Shown one piece after another: positions 24,557-37,119 of a stretch of 64,000 nucleotides of DNA. How positions within the stretch are numbered: position 1 is the stretch's first letter; every line of letters starts with the position of its first letter. The translations under genes were made by a program, and so were the position numbers. This stretch comes from Negaprion brevirostris. Lineage: Eukaryota. The stretch is taken from NCBI GenBank assembly GCA_030324005.1, contig JARDVH010000042.1, forward strand, positions 108,506,412-108,570,411, in the 5' to 3' direction. The notes beneath the pieces are model-generated. The model had not been told where the DNA came from and did not search any database. It saw only the letters and a list, made by a program, of their open reading frames with translations.

Positions 24557-27011
24557 TTCCACCACCACCATCATCAATGCACAGTTGCGGCAGTATGTAT
24601 TACATACACAGCGCACTGCAGCAATTCACCAAGGTCCATTCCTGTCACACCAAGTGACAGTCTGCAATGCGTACATCAAGCAAACAGAGGACTAGGAGTG
24701 AGCTCATCTGAACCTTTGGTGTACCAGTTATGTGATTTTATAGTTCCAAACTGAATAACTCTCCTTCCTCAACCTTCTCATCTTTCTGCCAGCCTTTGCT
24801 GACACTTTACTCCTGGATTGCGTGGTGCCCTCATGTTGTTTTCTACTCTTGGGCCATGTCGCCACATTCACTACCAAACACAGAACGATTAAATGTTCAG
24901 AAGCTTTGTATTCAGCTTGCAGCCTTCTCTGGACATACATGTAGTCATCCAATTTATGACATTCAGTCAAGCCTCTTTTCAAGTTCCCTATCGAGGAAGA
25001 ACCTTGAATTCCATTCAGATGATAAGATTGTCACTGCTCAATGGTAACTCATAGAACGCAAGCAAATGATGTAACGTAGATTCCTTGATATGCATTATTG
25101 AGGTTACTTCTAATGTGTAAACAAATAACTTCAAAAAATGCAACCAATAATGGTGCCAAATGCACATTAGGAGTTCAGCTCACTTGTGAACTAATGCTGC
25201 CATCTGGCCAAGAGACATCATCCTGAGTAGATTAAAGAAATCTTAACAACTTGGGTCCTCAAAGTGTATTGTTTTGCATGTATGACACAGCAGCAATCAA
25301 TATGAGGATTTTTGTGCAGAGGAAATGAGAAAGTGAAATCTGGAAAAATGGGAATACTCTGAGTGCATATCATCTTAACAACCCCCACNNNNNNNNNNNN
25401 NNNNNNNNNNNNNNNNNNNNNNNNNNNNNNNNNNNNNNNNNNNNNNNNNNNNNNNNNNNNNNNNNNNNNNNNNNNNNNNNNNNNNNNNCTTAACAACCCC
25501 AACATTCCCCCCCCCCCCCCCCACCCCCTGCAAAAAAAAGCCAGGAATAGTGATTGGAATTCTCTAGCCCTGAGAAAAACAGGCATCATCACAGGCGGGA
25601 CAAGAAAGTTTGGAAAACAGTTTAAAGTTGAAAGCTCTCCAAATTTTTCTGTTCTTCCCACAACAATGCCTCAGTGGTGGGGCTGGAGAATCCAGGCTTG
25701 TGTGTGAAAAAATTAACCCAAACAATCAGGAGTACTACGTCTTTTGCTCAGTATTCTTTAGATTTTTCAGAATGGGCTTTGTTCCCCAGTGAGTGGTATG
25801 CACTATCTCTATCAAATTTCTGCCAACACAGGTTATTTTAGTGGATGTGCGCCACTGAAACAAAAACAGGACAAAGTGAACACTCCACTGACAGGCCATT
25901 GCTGTTAGCTGGCAGCAAGGAGATATATGATAGGGTCACACACCCAAATGTTCACATTCCCCTGCCAGCAGACATGCAGCATCTCTTAGCACACTGCGTG
26001 TGATACTTGGAAAAAGAAGCTCGTCTCATTCTGCTCTATCAGACTGAACAAGGGTGCTCCAGTGTGTCACTGTACCTGACACAGACTCTATTTATTGTGC
26101 GCACAACAATGATCTGGATAAATGTATTTGTTCCCTGAAGCCCCTAACCACTGCTAGTCCCGTTTGGGCACTGATTCTGGAGGAGTAGACTGTGCTTGAT
26201 CTGACAGGATCATACATTCCAACTAAATCAACTTGTTGAATAACATTATTTGACAATGTAGGGATCATTTTCCAACTTGCCCATGAAGGGTAACTTACAG
26301 AACCATTGTAGAAGACGCCTGACTTATCGTCCCATTGAAATCAGTATGACAAAAGACAGGTCAGTACTGGACTGGATGAGTGATCACATGCATAACTTTA
26401 TTAAAAAAGTAATGGATATTTCAGTATGCTTTAGGCTGCATTTGGTTTGTCATACTACCTAGGAACAAAATAACAGCCCAATCAGAGAACGATGTTCTGT
26501 CATATCTGAGTACAAACCCAACCCAGTCTTGTGATCAAAGTCTTCAATCTGATGACACAGATGTTTTGAGAAATTAGTTTTAATGCTCTCAGCCTACTTC
26601 CAAGGAGATGTAATGTCCCGAGCAAAGAATTGGACTTAGTTTCACAGCTCAGAGTAATAAACTGATGCTGTTGCAGTAGGCATTATTGTTCTGATGTTGG
26701 AATTAAAGCATGTTTTTGTGTTAGAACAAAGTGAGTTTTACCCTGCAGCTGTCCTGGCAATGCATGATGCTAACCAACACTGTCTGCCTCAACGGGGAAA
26801 GTGTTGTGCTGTCCATCACCAGAGCTTTAGTTTTGAATGTATTTGTCAATCCTGTATTTTATTGATAGTCGGTTGTATGTTTTGAGTGTCTGCTGCAGAT
26901 ACGCTGGCTCAGTTTTACACCCGCCATAATCTTGCTCTTTACGTTGTATTGTACCACTTTGACTACAAATTTCACTCAAAGAACTCTGTAATTGTCTTTT
27001 CCCCTCCACAG

Positions 27012-27156
27012 CAACTTGTCACATTTGAGCCAAAGACAACATACCTTTTAGAGGATCTCAAACCAAACACTATGTACTTCTTCCGACTTGCTGCCCGCTC
27101 TGAGCATGGCCTCGGAGCTTCAACTGCGCAGATTTCAGCTCAAACCATGGAAACAA
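27012..27156 (+). CDS. PTPRD: PTPRD exon, second half of FNIII-3: [48 protein letters not shown]
   Basis: TCCCCTCCACAG| acceptor and ACAA|GTAGGT donor. 145 nt, phase 0 in, phase 1 out. FNIII signature L-KPNT-Y-FRLAARS-GLG; lies within ORF 26886..27233. Confidence 0.95.
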
Positions 27157-27219
27157 GTAGGTTTTCTTCCGTTGCCAGATTCATGATTGTTGGGGTGCTT
27201 GTTAGTCTGATGAGGTCTG

Positions 27220-27252
27220 TCCCTAATATCTAGTGACTGACTGCATGAAGCA
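27220..27252 (+). promoter_or_regulatory. 5' arm of a putative long-range intronic RNA duplex (partner 55208-55242); contains TGCATG
   Basis: TCCCTAATATC, CTGCAT and GAAGCA are exact reverse complements, in collinear order, of GATATTAGGGA, ATGCAG and TGCTTC at 55208-55242. Confidence 0.6.
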
Positions 27253-30200
27253 AGTGGTATTCCAGTAAACCACAGCTCGACTTCAAAAGGAGAGAAAAAA
27301 GGAGAAATATAGGATTGAAAAGGTTTAGATTTCATCGCCGTGTTCGTCTTTACAGTGACTAACAAGCACTTTGAGTGATGAATAGGAACTTTCGTAGTTA
27401 GTTGACCTTTCTTGTCCCGTTGCTTCGAACACAGTTTTGATGTCAAATGTTCGACTTCAAAAATGACTTAACAATACGGATCATAGCAATGTATAATGTA
27501 CCATCTATTTCTTTTTAAAGTTGGTTCTAATTAAAAGCCAGGTAGTGACATTTCTAATGACCAGAAGTAATAACCTGACCTGTAGTTTGTTTCATAAGAA
27601 TTTGACATTCCTCTCTTTTCTTAAAAAAAAGATCTGCATTTCACTGGACATGGAACAATGGGAAAACCTGTAAAGGTCAACTAACTACAAAACTTCTAAG
27701 TGTCATTACTTTCAATAAAGCCCTAAAGGTCAAATGACAAGATTGAATCCTGTGCACTACTCAATGAAATTGTAATTATGTTTCACATTTAAAATTATTT
27801 CTAGTGGCATTGACTGCTGTTGTAATACCTATTTCACAGATTGTTTTCTAATAGAGTTGGTTTTTAAATAGATTTATAGATGGCAGGCCTGCATGTCAAC
27901 GCAGACTTAATCCAACCTCCATCTGTTTGTACCTTTAAAGTCAGCTCGGGGAGATAACGTTTAATCATTACTGGTATTTCGGGTCAAAATTTATTTCAGC
28001 AATCTACATTGGCAATAACACTACCACTANNNNNNNTGGAATGTAACCATCAATGTAATTCAAGCTGTAGAATATACAGATTCCTTTCCTTTGATGCTGG
28101 GAGGGATGGGTGGAGGATCAGCCAGTTCTATTGAACAACGTATGGTTGTTTAAATCTTTTAAAACAGCCAAAGAAGTGGGTAACATTGGGGGGAATTTCC
28201 CAAGGCAAGAGAAGGTGAATTTTTGGTCCATGCTGGGAGTTAAATCTCCAAAGAAATATCAGACCAGGGTGCAGACATCATCCTGCCTGCTTTCTGGCTT
28301 CACCCAGAGCAGGTTTGAAGGTGCACAGGGAAAGCCCCTTCATGCTGCCCGATAAGACGTTTGTTCACATTGTCAAATAAGCAACTTTGTGATTAACCAA
28401 GTATTTCTAGCTTTCACATACAGGTGACATATTTCCTAAGCTGTCAGCAACTCCCCAGGTTCAGCCAGGTGAATGCACAGCGGGGAGTGCTTCACCAATG
28501 AAATTGATAGGCTAGAAAGCTTTTGATCAGTACGTCTGAAGAGCTCCAGCCATGGCCAAGTGAGAGACTGCTGCTCACAGCATTCCTCCTTTCCCATTTG
28601 CCGTGATATTCACAGATTTCCAGAAAATGGGCCACGTACTGCAGGAAAATTCGGGTTGCTTCTTCCATAAGGGAGGCAAAGGTTGGAAGGGCACTCAGCC
28701 CTAGGCCGAAGTCCAATACAAATTCCTATCAGTTTTACCGAGCAGTCTATTTGTCCATCCTCAGCTTCAGCACTGGAGAAAATAGATGCTCTGGAAGTAA
28801 ATAATTCAAACTGCTTGGTGTGCAGGACAGCATTTGAGAATTCAGAAATTTTGCAATATGCTGTCTTTCTGACATCATTGTGTTTTGGGAAGGAGTGAGC
28901 TTGGTTCCCGTGAACATGAGACACCCTGCTCAGAAACCTTCCTATGAAGATGATATGTGCCACATATCCCACCAACCGAATCGCTGGAGGGGAAGTAGTG
29001 AACCCGTAAGGAAACAAATCCCACCATACCTACCCAGCCAATTATTCAATCCGGGAATCTTGGCTGCTTGCTTTCCAAAGATGTGCTTCCCCCATAGTCG
29101 TAGCAGCACAGTGACTATTGTATCCCATGGAGATTTGATCTTTCCTCATTGTGCATAGTCAATAATGCTCAATTCCATCCCTGATCATCCAGTGCTTTAC
29201 TGGAGCAGTTAAGTGACACAGCATGAACCACTTTTACCAGAAGCCTATTTCCACAGCTCAATGGAGGAAACCTATTCACACTCATGCACACAAATAAATT
29301 TATGGCTTGCAAAATGACAGGGGGAGAAAAGCAGCAGAAGGCTCCTGGGGTCCCACTTCTGTGGAAGACTCTTTCCAGCTTTCTATTTTATTTTTCAGCT
29401 TTTCAATTCCAGCACATTATTATGCTCAAAATGACATTAACTGCAGTCCCAGATTAATTATATACCGCTGGCACTTTGAGGTACACATTAATATGAATTT
29501 GCCCGTTCAGCCCTATCTGCAGACATACCCATTGCAGCATGCAGGTGGGAATTAACATAAAGGTGTTTGGCTCTCATTCAGTTGCTGCTTTTGTCATGTT
29601 CAATAGCAGTGACGTTTTGGGAATACATTTTTCCCAGGACTGTGTGAGAAGGGAAGACAGGGGAGCCATGGAATACTCTCCCCTGTGGTTGTTATGATTT
29701 GATGTATTCCTGTGATACATTGCACCAGCTGAAAATGAACTGTTACTCAAAAAATAGATGCTGCACTTCTGCTAAAAATATACGTATATAAACATGGGGA
29801 AATAGATGTAAAATGATCAATTTTTAACAGAACATTTGTCACTTGACCTTTAAGGAGAAAAGCAGGGTGTATGTGATACCCATCAGGGTGGGTGTCACTT
29901 ACAGACAGTAAACAGGCCTCTCTGTGTGTGATAGGTAGGTACTCTGGCATTTCACTTAGATCTTTCTCTTTGGAATGTAGAAATATTTGAAACAGATATA
30001 GAAGGTAAAGCGACCCACTGTTTGCAGCTGTTCAAGAAGGGTAGGTAATAAAAAAAAGGATTAGAGGAATTAAAGAGATATACATGATGTAAGAGCTATG
30101 ATCACAGGTAGGTAATATTACTTGTAGGCTCCATTTTATTTTCCTTATCACCCCATTTTCTAGCCTTACGTTATGTACGAAATTATTTTTGAGTTTACTT

Positions 30201-30532
30201 TAATTTGCTTTTCTAAGCCAAGGTGTTGTATTTGATTTATGAATACANNNNNNNNNNNNNNNNNNNNNNNNNNNNNNNNNNNNNNNNNNNNNNNNNNNNN
30301 NNNNNNNNNNNNNNNNNNNNNNNNNNNNNNNNNNNNNNNNNNNNNNNTTTAATTTGCTTTTCTAAGCCAAGGTGTTGAATTTGATTTATGAATACACGTT
30401 TTGTATTTATGATTTTTGGTTTCTTTAAGTTGTTGGATCTGCTCCCATTTGTATTTTATTTTTAATTTTCTTCCACGATTCCCTCACCTTTCCACCTGTA
30501 CTTGACCCAACTTCCAAAAACAAACCAATTAG

Positions 30533-30838
30533 AGCCATCAGCCCCACCTCAGGACATCAAGTGCACGAGCCCAAGTTCAACCAGCATTTTGGTAAGTTGG
30601 CGGCCCCCACCAGCAGAAAACCAGAATGGCATCATCACCAAATACTCCATCAAATACACGTCAAGTGACCGAGAAGCCAGCTCGCGCAATGAGGTCTCGG
30701 ATATTCCGCCAGATGCCACACAGTACTTGCTGGAACATTTGGAGAAGTGGACGGAGTACCGCATCATTATGACTGCCCACACGGATGTTGGACCTGGCCC
30801 AGAGAGCTCTCCCATACTGATTCGCACCGATGAGGATG
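30533..30838 (+). CDS. PTPRD: PTPRD exon, FNIII-4: (K)[22 protein letters not shown]...[32 protein letters not shown]
   Basis: AATTAG| acceptor and GATG|GTATGT donor. 306 nt, phase 1/1. A+AG gives K, matching recalled [30 protein letters not shown]. Within ORF 30502..30852. Confidence 0.96.
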
Positions 30839-31771
30839 GTATGTTGGCTTAGCACAACCAATCAGCAACTTTCTCGGCGAGCAACTCTTCCTTTGCCGAC
30901 ACTTTGCACCTTTTCTGTCACTGTTGTGTCTGGTCCTCCGTTCCACCGAATCTCCCCCTCTCTGTTCCTTTTTGAACCACCAACTCTGGAACCTCTCTAC
31001 ACCTATTACAGTGCAAAAATTGCTTGTATTTTAAGTCTCCCCTGTCTGACGTGTCTTTTTTCTTCCCTCACCACTTTATGTATTAGATTACTGTTCTTAA
31101 TATTGCTCCCACCACTTANNNNNNNNNNNNNNNNNNNNNNNNNNNNNNNNNNNNNNNNNNNNNNNNNNNNNNNNNNNNNNNNNNNNNNNNNNNNNNNNNN
31201 NNNNNNNNNNNNNNNNNNCACCACCCCCCCCCCCCCCCCCACCCGACCCCCACCAATAATATCCCTTTCAATTACTTTTATATGACATAAATTATTCAAT
31301 CTTCTTCTCAGTGCACAAGCACATCCCAGAAACATACTTGCATTATTTTTGGCTGGATTTCATGAGATGTTGCTCAGTGAAAAGGGAACAGTCCTGGGTC
31401 GGAGACACCCCAATAGTGGCTGTCATTTTTTTTTCCACGACAAATATATTTTTGAAACCATTTTTTAAAAAAATCAGATATAAAAAAATCTTGCATTTTG
31501 CGATGCTTTGGCATTCAAAGCATTATCCTTGGCTGCCTTTTATCCTGTGTTTTTCGTATTTGTACCTTTTCCTCCATGTTTTTCACATTTTTTCCACATT
31601 TTTTGGTATTTTAGAAAGATGCAGCTCAGGCATTTTTCAACGTATGAAGCATTTTTGGACACGGTTTCCTCCATCCCTTTTGAACAGTAGTGGGTCTGTC
31701 CTTGTGCTGCTGATTGGGAGGGACATAGTGTCATCATCAGTCTTTTTTTTAACCAAATGGTATTCTTCCAG

Positions 31772-31965
31772 TTCCTAGTGGTCCTCCTCGCAAAGTCGAG
31801 GTAGAGGCTTTGAACTCAACAGCTATTACAGTGTCATGGCGCTCACCCGTTCCAAATAAGCAGCACGGACAAATTCGCGGCTACCAAGTCCACTATGTGA
31901 GGATGGAACATGGAGAGCCAAGAGGACAGCCCATGCTGAAAGATGTCATGCTGGCAGATGCACAG
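31772..31965 (+). CDS. PTPRD: PTPRD exon, first part of FNIII-5: (V)[64 protein letters not shown]
   Basis: TTCTTCCAG| acceptor and CAG|GTACGC donor. 194 nt, phase 1 in, phase 0 out. Near-identical to recalled PTPRD sequence. Missed by the ORF track. Confidence 0.96.
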
Positions 31966-32904
31966 GTACGCTGGCTGAAATATTGATACTGATTTAGTGA
32001 CTGTACACTTTCATCAAGTTCCATTGTGTAAAGAAAAAGTATACATTTGTATCAGTTCAATATCGCTTTTCATTCTCCCAGCTGGATTGTTTCAATGAAG
32101 GGAACTTGCTTATCTTTAAGTTGGTCACATTTGAGGCAACTCACTGTTCCTCCAGCACCCACCCTCCCTCAGTATCCTGAAAGATGTGGCGATACAAGAC
32201 CAAAATTCGAGCAATATGGAAGATGGTTGGGTGTAGAGTCTGTTCATTCCTTTAGAATAGATGTAGGCAGCACTTGGTCTAATTTTAAAAATGATTTTCT
32301 TCATTAAATAAAACTTAAAATTAAAAACTACAGAAACGAAGAGAGAGAAGTTGGGGACTGGCTTCATGGCCAGGCCCTGCACAGGACTGAACTGAACAGG
32401 TAGCTGGTACTGCAATACATGAATGTTTATCTGTGTTATTGAAAAAGCCGGGCGCACACAGTGTGCTTACATGGGCTTACATAGATAATTGGCAGCTGTG
32501 TGGCCGTGAAAATTTGTTTAGCATCATTTCTACTAACGTTGTATTTTGAAAAAATGCGGTCAATTTCTAAACTCATTCTGGAAATGTGGTCAAGTTAGCT
32601 TAAAAGCTTAGCATAGTTAGTTACATAGGCAAAAAAAACCTTAAAATGAAGCCTTTTAATGAAGCACACCATACAAAGGATCCCAGAGTGGGGAAGAGAG
32701 AGTTGGGGTGTGTGTGCAGAGGAAAAGTAGGTTTTTGGGCTGAGGTGTTGATGATTGATCATTTAAGCTTTGGGTTGAGTCGGGCATCTGAATCTGTACA
32801 CTGACCACCAGCTCTATTCCCTTCCTCGGTGACTCATTAAAGCTGACTCGAGATGGTGCTCAACCTTACTGCTATATTCAGAACTAGGTTTCAGGTTCCA
32901 GGTT

Positions 32905-33320
32905 GGGGCGGCACGGTAGCTTCACAGCTCCAGGGTCCGGGGTTTGATTCTCGGCTCAGGTCACGGAGTTTGCACATACTCCTTGTGTCTGCATGGGTTT
33001 CGTCCAGGTACTCCGGTTTCCTCCCACAGTCCAAAGATGTGCGGGTTAGGTTGATTGGCCATGCTAAGAAATTGCCCCCTAGTGTCCAGGGNNNNNNNNN
33101 NNNNNNNNNNNNNNNNNNNNNNNNNNNNNNNNNNNNNNNNNNNNNNNNNNNNNNNNNNNNNNNNNNNNNNNNNNNNNNNNNNNNNNNNNNNAGGTTAGAG
33201 GGATTAGTGGGTATAATATGTAGGGATATGGGGGTAAGGCCTGGGTGGGATTGTGTTCAGTGCAGACTTGATGGGCCAAAGGGCCTCTTTCTGCACTGTA
33301 GTGTTCTATGATTCTATGAT
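32905..33320 (+). mobile_element. HE1-like SINE (gap inside)
   Basis: GGGGCGGCACGGT head, V-domain, and terminal TTCTATGATTCTATGAT repeats. Confidence 0.85.
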
Positions 33321-33751
33321 CCTGCTGCTACTATTTCTGCAAAGTTGGTACCAAAGCCCCAATCCTTATAGGCATTATCTCTGAACTGAACTTCCCCCAG
33401 TACTCACTGTACCAGCCTTCTGAACTGCTTTCCACAGATACCAGCTTCTCTCTAGTGTCCTTCCCCCGCATTCTGTCTGATGCTAGGTCCCATTAGCTCC
33501 CTTTCTGCAGCACATCGGATTTTGAACTCTCACCTGCACACCTAGACTAACTGGACCTGCAGCCTCACTCCACTCTATGGCCCCTCCTTTGTTTTCCAGT
33601 TCCCTTTACTGACCTATTATTGGTGATAAAGCCTTCAGTTGCCTCAGCCCTGCTCAGTGCATCTGCCTCCCTATTCTCCTTTGCCTTTACTTAACCTACC
33701 TGCGAAAGCTGTATTGAGTAACACTTCCAGTCAGCTATTGTTGCATAAATA

Positions 33752-34260
33752 GTAGAATTTGTAGAATCCCTGCAGCACAGAAGGAGGCCATTTGGCCCAT
33801 TGATCCTGCACCAACAACAATCCCACCCAGGCCCTATACCCTCAATCCCATATATATTTACCTTGCTAATGCCCCTGACACTGAAGGGCAATTTAATATG
33901 TCTAATTAACCTTACTCATCTTTTGGCACAGTGGTTAGCACTGCTGTCTCACATCACCAGGTTCGATTCCCGGCCTGGGTCACTGTCTGTGCGGAATCTG
34001 CACATTCTCCCCATGTCTATGTGTGTTTCTTCTGGGTGCTCTGGTTTCCTCCACAGTCCAAAAGACGTGCTGGTTAGGTGCATTGGTCATGCTATATTCT
34101 CCCTCAGTGTACCCGAACAGGGGCCGGAGTGTGGCGACTTGGGGACTTTTACAGTAACTTCATTGCAGTGTTAGTGTAAGCCTACTTGTGACACCAGTAA
34201 ATAAACTTTACTTGATTACTGGGCAGTGGGAGGAAATCGGAGCACCCAGAGAACAAACGC
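33752..34260. mobile_element. Minus-strand HE1-like SINE interrupted by a plus-strand tail-B V-SINE (33924-34213)
   Basis: Host breaks at ...CATCTTT and resumes at GTGGGAGGAAATCGGAGCACCCAGAG after the inserted copy. Confidence 0.8.
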
Positions 34261-34708
34261 TTGCCTTCAGTCATTTTCTACATGAGGTGTCTTTTCTCCA
34301 TAAAAGAGATGTGATTCCATGTTGTTTTTGTCCTGCACCTAGCTTTAGGCAGCAGTTAAGATTGGAGGCATGCAGTTGTCTACAGCAATACAAAGAGGCT
34401 AGCTTCTGTTTTATTGGTATTTACTGGGGGAAGTTTTGGCTTTTCCAGTTCTTAACATCACAGGGGTAATAGGGAGAGAGGCAACCCTGTTGAAGGGGGA
34501 AGCAGATGTGGTTGACAGGAGGATGATAGAAGACTGTCTGTGTGTGTGAGGCTGTGAGGAAATCACATGGAGTTAATTGCAGCAGAGGTGCGAGACTCTA
34601 CTCATGTTTCTGAACCATAAAACAGATGGATGAGACAGCCCCTTCACTTCCAGTCTTAATTTCTTATTTGAGTATGTCTTATTTTGAGTATGTTTTGCAC
34701 AAGATAAT

Positions 34709-35055
34709 GGGGAGGCCTGGTGGTATTGTCACTAGATTAATAATCCAGAGACCCAGGGTAAGATCTGGAGGCTCAGGTTCAAATCCCACCACAGCAGGTG
34801 GTGATATTTGAATTCAATAAAAACCTGGAATTAGAAGTCTAATGATGACCATAGGACCATTGTCGGTTGTCATAAAAACCTGTCTGCGTCACTGACGACC
34901 TTTAGGGAAGGAAATTTGCCCTCCTTATCTGGTCTGGCCTACGTGTGACTCTAGAGCCACAGAAATGTGGTTGATTCTCAACTGTCCTCTGAAATGGAGG
35001 GCAATTAGTAATGGGCAGTATGTGCTGGCCCAAATCCCGTAAATGAATAAAAAAA
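34709..35055 (+). mobile_element. SINE family C copy
   Basis: Same head, core and tail as 22908-23335. Confidence 0.8.
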
Positions 35056-37119
35056 TTAAATGTAAATTTGAAGAAATAAAATAAATGCGAACACATTGTT
35101 TAATCCTAGAAGTGAGTGAGTGCCCATAAGATTAGCAGATAAATCCTAAACATCCTTAAACGGAATTCCTTTCTCCTGTTTTGTGATGGAAGAAGTATCA
35201 AATCTGTGTATTAATCTTTTGACCCTGATATCAGCAGCAGCCATTTCTGTGCTAAATTCTCTTTCATAGCCTGGCCAGTCAAACAGATCAGAGTTTTCTG
35301 AGAGTCAGTTGTGCAGTATTTTTGAAGTTTTTTTAATCTGAAGGCCAGGAGGATGATTCTGTTTCTATCCAAGAACGCATCTCAAGAAATTACAAGTGCC
35401 CAGCCCGTGAATTATCCTCCATTAATATAAAGAAGACAAAACCATGGACTGTGCTCAATCACCTGGGCCAAACTTCTTATCCCTTTTCATCTATTTATTT
35501 TGCTTAAAGTTGGCACGGTATTTATTCAGCGCCAACCTGGCCAGCCCAGACCAACTGCAAACAGTGAGTAGGTGACCTGTCCCAGGTCTGAGGCAGTCGT
35601 ACCCTATTATTGTATTAGGGGTTGTACAAGAATTTATGGATGCTCTCATCTTCCACTCAACACAGGTGAAATAGGTAACTTGACCATATTAGGGTGGGGA
35701 TGGTGATCCTTCTAAGCCATGTATGCAGGCAGCAATTTGAAAGTTCCCATGCGGGTCATGCACACTAAAGTTATCATTCCATTTGACCCTTTAAATTACC
35801 CTGTCCGGAATTCTTCGATATTGTATCCCCTATCTCTGCTGTCANNNNNNNNNNNNACTCAGCCAAATCTCCATTCCTAGCAGCAGGATCGGAGATTCCG
35901 AGCAGGTGGGGTTGGAGAATTCCTCACTTATTGGTGGTGTGCAACAGAAGAAAATGAGAGAGTACACAGGTCCTGTTGCCAGTCCCTAGTCCTCCTGTGG
36001 TGGTAGGTTGGGAGATTTTATTATCATTATTTTCTGAGAATCCATTAAATGTGACAAAAGTAAGAGCATAAAAGGTGGATGAGTTACAACCCACCCGCCA
36101 TTTGATTTAACTGCCAATAATGTTAAGTGAATAATAAAAGTAATAACCATTTCTTTCAAGCGTTGGGGCAATCTTTTTTTTCACACTTGAACAGCCAAAA
36201 AAAATCAGGTGTTATAACTATCATCAACTGACTGAATAATGCTATATGGATTTCATTATTTTATTATAATGTCTTAAAGAGACATTCCTCGCTCTTTCTC
36301 TACCTCTGTATTCAATAATAGGAAATGAATAAACACAAATGCATAGAACACTTTGAGGCACATTCCAGAACTGCATTAGTTTCAAAGTTTGCAAAGTAGT
36401 CACAATGAAAAGTGACTGAATGAAAGCAGGAGAAATATTACAGCCCCACAACAGGGTATTAATATTTGCTAATACATAGAAGATACATATTGCAGATAAA
36501 AAATTAATGGCATTCAGAACTGAGGAGCACATCAGACATGGCCAACCTACAGGGAGAAAAGGTGAATTTGATGATGCACAAGTTATTCTCGTGTGTTCAA
36601 TAATGTTAATTATATCCGTTTCCTAACTGTGGCCTTACGTTTTAATCTGTTCTGAGGGCACTTTTTTTTCACTGTCCCAGTTTTAAATTTAAATGGGGAT
36701 TGCCAACCATAACTGCAGGCTCCAAAACAGAACAATAATAATATGAAAAGAGAGAGGGGCTGGGGGTTTTATCCTCCCTGATAATCACATTTTGATTTAA
36801 TGTTTTAAGTTTCCTTTGGACTTTGGTTTCTGTTCGGGCTGTCCCCCCCCCTTCCTTTTTGGGGGCTGCCCCTCTTAATTTGTCCCTCAGTTAATTTGAG
36901 TTCGTCTACTTGTTATGTATGTANNNNNNNNNNNNNNNNNNNNNNNNNNNNNNNNNNNNNNNNNNNNNNNNNNNNNNNNNNNNNNNNNNNNNNNNNNNNN
37001 NNNNNNNNNNNNNNNNNNNNNNNTCTTAATTTGTCCCTCAGTTAATTTGAGTTCGTCTACTTGTTAGGTATGTAAAAGAGATACCACTATGTTGTCCCAG
37101 ATCAGTGATTTTTTTCCAG

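Noticed and set aside
26886-27233. ORF extensions beyond the PTPRD exons (also 30502, 43420, 54638 starts) as standalone genes
   Set aside because: FNIII homology starts and stops at canonical splice sites. The flanks are intronic read-through.
30199-30396. About 49-bp direct repeat on both sides of a 100-N gap
   Set aside because: Near-identical flanks differing by one base around a standard 100-N gap indicate an unmerged contig overlap or haplotype bubble, not biology.
31503-31523. 8-bp hairpin ATGCTTTG-gcatt-CAAAGCAT in the FN4-FN5 intron
   Set aside because: A stem this short is expected by chance in 64 kb, with no supporting evidence.
36874-37074. About 50-bp direct repeat flanking a 100-N gap (similar cases at 38539-38689 and 25374-25500)
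   Set aside because: Same assembly-overlap signature.
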